A DNA stretch of 63,456 nt, filler included, from Guillardia theta CCMP2712 (lineage: Eukaryota; Protista; Cryptophyta): NCBI RefSeq assembly GCF_000315625.1. It is 7 parts of 7 records of this genome, joined end to end, with 100 filler letters (N's around TTAATTAATTAA, not from the genome) between each part and the next. Parts side by side here need not be neighbours in the genome. Positions count along the whole stretch, not along the records: positions 57,424 to 61,837 come from NW_005434163.1; positions 61,938 to 63,456 come from NW_005434522.1; 5 more parts are not named here. One strand, written 5' to 3'. The number at the start of each line of letters is the position of its first letter. Positions within the stretch are counted from its first letter, which is position 1. A program made the position numbers and the translations under genes. The notes beneath the pieces are model-generated. The model was not told where the DNA came from. It did not search any database and saw nothing but the letters and a program-made list of their open reading frames with translations. Below are positions 60,314-63,456 of the stretch, one piece after another.

Positions 60314-61384
60314 ATGTACCTGTACAACGACGGTCAGAAGATCGACCTGATCTCATACACTGAGCTGGCGAGGAAAAACCCGGCCATCAAAGACCAACTG
60401 AACAAATACATTGGTGAAAAAAGTCAAATAAGCAAAAGATTCAAGAAAGAAATATCAGACAAGAAAAATGAGATATTGCAAGCGATGAGTGAAAATCAAA
60501 CAACAAATGCGAAGGAAAACGAGCTGAAAATACTAATGGATGATCAAAGGAAAAAGGTAAACCAGGGTTACATGGATATCGTAATTTCCGATAGTCAAAG
60601 AAGAGCAACGATTGATCTTCTACCTAGTGGATTTTTAAATCACAGTCCTCTATGGGACGACAATTCAGAATTTTCAATCATCACAGTTCTGAAGATACAA
60701 CCATCTATCTTCCTTGGAAAGGTCCGCACACCCTTCGACCCCAACCAGACACTGATCCAACTTAACAAGAGGCTGGTCAACCTCAAGATCACAGACAAGA
60801 ACATTGAGCAAACAATCAAAACCATTAATAACTTAAGTGGATCATCGAATCCTGATGTGCCAATGGCACCAGCAGGAGGCAGTCAGTTCAGCATGATTGG
60901 TTCTGCATTTTCCGCCCCACTCGACTTGGACTCGATCAACGTCCAGGCCTACCTTGGAGCCAAGTTAGAGACCAAGACACCCGAAAAGAGGGAAGAGATC
61001 AAAACATTGCTTAAAATGACAGAGAAATACAACGAAATCAAGGAGCGTATGATCAAAAAAACGATTACCATGCTAGAGAATGCATATGAAACTACTATAA
61101 CCCCAACCACGAAGAAAATGATAGCTTTGATCAAAGGTCTACTTCTATTCAATAAGACCATCCGTGTCCGTGGCAATACAAACACATCCCTTGCCAAGGC
61201 ACTGAAGGCAGCCGCGAAGAACCCGACCGGGGAGAAGAAGGAGAAGATTTTGGATCTGCGATATAAAAAAGTCTTGTCTCGGTCACGTGATGTGTCACGT
61301 GACCGGTCAGGTGAGCCTGTCAGCCGGGTCACGGCCCCTGTCAGCCGGCTGACATGTCACGGGCCTGCTGACACGGTCCGCTGA
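60314..61384 (+). CDS. AT-rich Lys/Asn/Ile-rich hypothetical protein; 3' end replaced by the tandem repeat
   Basis: Intronless 356-aa ORF with composition unlike host genes. The last ~45 codons come from the 332-nt repeat. Confidence 0.6.
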   Translation: MYLYNDGQKIDLISYTELARKNPAIKDQLNKYIGEKSQISKRFKKEISDKKNEILQAMSENQTTNAKENELKILMDDQRKKVNQGYMDIVISDSQRRATIDLLPSGFLNHSPLWDDNSEFSIITVLKIQPSIFLGKVRTPFDPNQTLIQLNKRLVNLKITDKNIEQTIKTINNLSGSSNPDVPMAPAGGSQFSMIGSAFSAPLDLDSINVQAYLGAKLETKTPEKREEIKTLLKMTEKYNEIKERMIKKTITMLENAYETTITPTTKKMIALIKGLLLFNKTIRVRGNTNTSLAKALKAAAKNPTGEKKEKILDLRYKKVLSRSRDVSRDRSGEPVSRVTAPVSRLTCHGPADTVR

Positions 61385-61837
61385 CCGGTCACGGCCGCCC
61401 GGAGAGATCAGGCCCCCGGCCAATCTCCGGACACTTAGCCTCCTGGCGGGCCTCCAGGGGGTCTGAGGCGGGGCTGAAGGCTGCAGTCGGTCTACTGACG
61501 GGCCCGGCCGGCAGGATCCGTCGAGAAACAGGGGGGTCAAGGGAGGTTTTCTTCCCCCTGGGAGAAATGTCCTATGGGTTTTTGGATCTGCGATATAAAA
61601 AAGTCTTGTCTCGGTCACGTGATGTGTCACGTGACCGGTCAGGTGAGCCTGTCAGCCGGGTCACGGCCCCTGTCAGCCGGCTGACATGTCACGGGCCTGC
61701 TGACACGGTCCGCTGACCGGTCACGGCCGCCCGGAGAGATCAGGCCCCCGGCCAATCTCCGGACACTTAGCCTCCTGGCGGGCCTCCAGGGGGTCTGAGG
61801 CGGGGCTGAAGGCTGCAGTCGGTCTACTGACGGGCCC
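61248..61837. repeat. 332-nt tandem repeat (>=1.8 copies, cut by a gap), rich in palindromes
   Basis: tttggatctgcgatataaaaaagtcttgtctcggtcacgtga... recurs with a period of 332. It contains gtcacgtgac, tgaccggtca, tgtcagccggctgaca and tgacatgtca. Confidence 0.92.
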
Positions 61838-61975
61838 NNNNNNNNNNNNNNNNNNNNNNNNNNNNNNNNNNNNNNNNNNNNTTAATTAATTAANNNNNNN
61901 NNNNNNNNNNNNNNNNNNNNNNNNNNNNNNNNNNNNNCCAATGCAAAACCGGCTGCTGCGAATTATCAGCATTAC

Positions 61976-63456
61976 TCCTCGTCAGAACCGATTTCGACAG
62001 AGACCATCGTCTTGATCGGTGTGAGTTCCTTTCAAATCGTTCCAGACTTTAAATTGATGGTAGCAGGAAGTTGAGGTGGAGGAGGAGGAGGAGGAGGAAG
62101 AGGAAGTGGAGGAGGAAGAGGAAGAGGAGAGGAAGAAAAGGAAGAGGAAAGGGAAGAGAAGAGGAAGTGGAAGGAGAGGAAGAGGAAGTGGAAGAGGAAG
62201 AGGAAGAGGAGGAAGAAGAGGAGGAGGAAGCGGAAGAGGAAGTGGAAGTGGAAGACGAAGAGGGCGATGATGAGCATGAGGGTGTTGCAAACCGAAAGGT
62301 TTGGTGGGTTGAACAGAGCGAAGAAGGAGTTCTTGTAGTCGAGCTTGACATGCTCTCCCTGAGCTGAGCGTCAGGACAGGGTCAACGCCTGTCTGCTCTT
62401 ACCGCCGCCTCCTCCTCTCCCTCTTGCACGTCCTCCTGCTCCTCATGCACTTTTGATTTGCCCTGGAGCGATCTAAGGAGAGGGAGAGGAGAGACAAACT
62501 TCACCTTTCCTCCCTTTCCTTTTTTGTTCTTCCTCCCCTTGGAACCGAACTCGGGCCTGTAGAACACCTCAGCCTCCCCCTCTGATTTCCTCTACCCTCC
62601 CCCTCTGACTTCCTCTACCCTCCCCCTCTGACTTCCTCTACCCTCCCCCTCTGACTTCCTCTACCTCCCCCTCTGACTTCCTCTACCCCTCCCCCTCTAC
62701 CTCCCGCCACTCTTTTCCTCCCTCGCTTCTTCCCACCCCCCTCTCTTCTCTCACATCCCCTGCCCCTCATCGGCTCCTTCCCTTCTCTCTCACCTCTGCG
62801 TCCACTCAATCGCCGAGGCCTTGGACACGCTCAGGCGGACGGGCTTTTCTGGCGCAACTTCAACGCTCAGCGGGCAGGCAGCAGAGCGTCACCTCCGATC
62901 TTGACTGTCTCCGTCGTGTCTTCTCGTTCCAGCGTCTGCACGTCCTCGTTACATGGAGCAGACATGCGCGCGTCCTCTCGCCTTGTTCTTGAAGTACGGG
63001 TTGGGCCAGAACTTGAACACAAGCTTGTAGCCCTCCTTGTTCTCGCAGACGGCTGCCACAAGTCAGAAGAGCGTGGAAGTGGCCAGCAAACACGCACTAG
63101 CACGAATGTCGTAGAGGTAGGACAGGATCTCTTCGTCTCCTTCCAAGATCATGTCTCCAACAATCTCCGTCCTCTGCGAGCAGCGATGAGCAGCAGGTTG
63201 AACTCGAGATGAAGTGCCTGCAGCGTTGTGATCCAGAAGTCAGGGATGCAGTCTTCTGTCTCCTTGCTCGCTGTGTTCCCGCAGATCAGCTTGCTCCTCT
63301 TGTCGTACAGCTCCTTGCCTGCCACACCTTCAGCTGGCTCCAGCAGCGGCCGGGGACAAGCTCACAAGTTCGATCGAACTCGCGAGCAGCAAGTAGCAGC
63401 CTCTCTTCCGCCTTGTCCTGATTCTTCAGATTCGCGTCCTAAACCATCACGTCGTC
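61976..63456 (-). CDS. Nucleosome assembly protein (NAP1/SET family), multi-exon, 5' part outside the window
   Basis: Spliced exons ELYDKRSKLI...CIPDFWITTLQ / IVGDMILEGDEEILSYLYDI / GYKLVFKFWPNPYFKNK/TL, and later KNSFFALFNPP. Confidence 0.8.
62576..62690. repeat. ~23-nt intronic minisatellite, ~5 copies
   Basis: ccccctctgacttcctctaccct units. Confidence 0.8.

Noticed and set aside
19626-61938. Recurrent TTAATTAATTAA palindrome
   Set aside because: Always centred in a 100-nt N block: an artificial six-frame-stop scaffolding linker.

Overview
Eukaryotic, intron-rich, GC-rich protist DNA. The short GT-AG/GC-AG introns full of (GGA)n/(CCT)n tracts look cryptophyte-like (Guillardia-like), but that is an inference. 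It is a scaffold: six 100-nt spacers (N44-TTAATTAATTAA-N44) join separate contigs, so adjacency across them is unreliable. Main content: a 19x54-nt Cys/His repeat gene, transposon relics (P-like, Crypton-like, CRE-like RT/RLE, MITEs), a 2OG-Fe(II) oxygenase, a GBP-coiled coil-WW-PX GTPase, an LRR protein, a CHAT protease-ARM fusion, a large secreted LamG/EGF protein, SF3B4, a NAP1-family gene and an intronless virus-like contig. The most notable region is the gap-free block 33.8-48.0 kb. It holds two selenoprotein genes that the ORF track truncates: a membrane protein with two in-frame UGAs (CTSU and UCWP) and a DsbA/FrnE protein with UPNG. Each has a canonical SECIS hairpin in its 3' UTR. NFS1 and a compact set of mostly mitochondrion-targeted catabolic enzymes lie between and beside them: KDPG/KHG aldolase, RraA/HMG aldolase, two NADPH quinone/enone reductases and a Pro-1 tautomerase.
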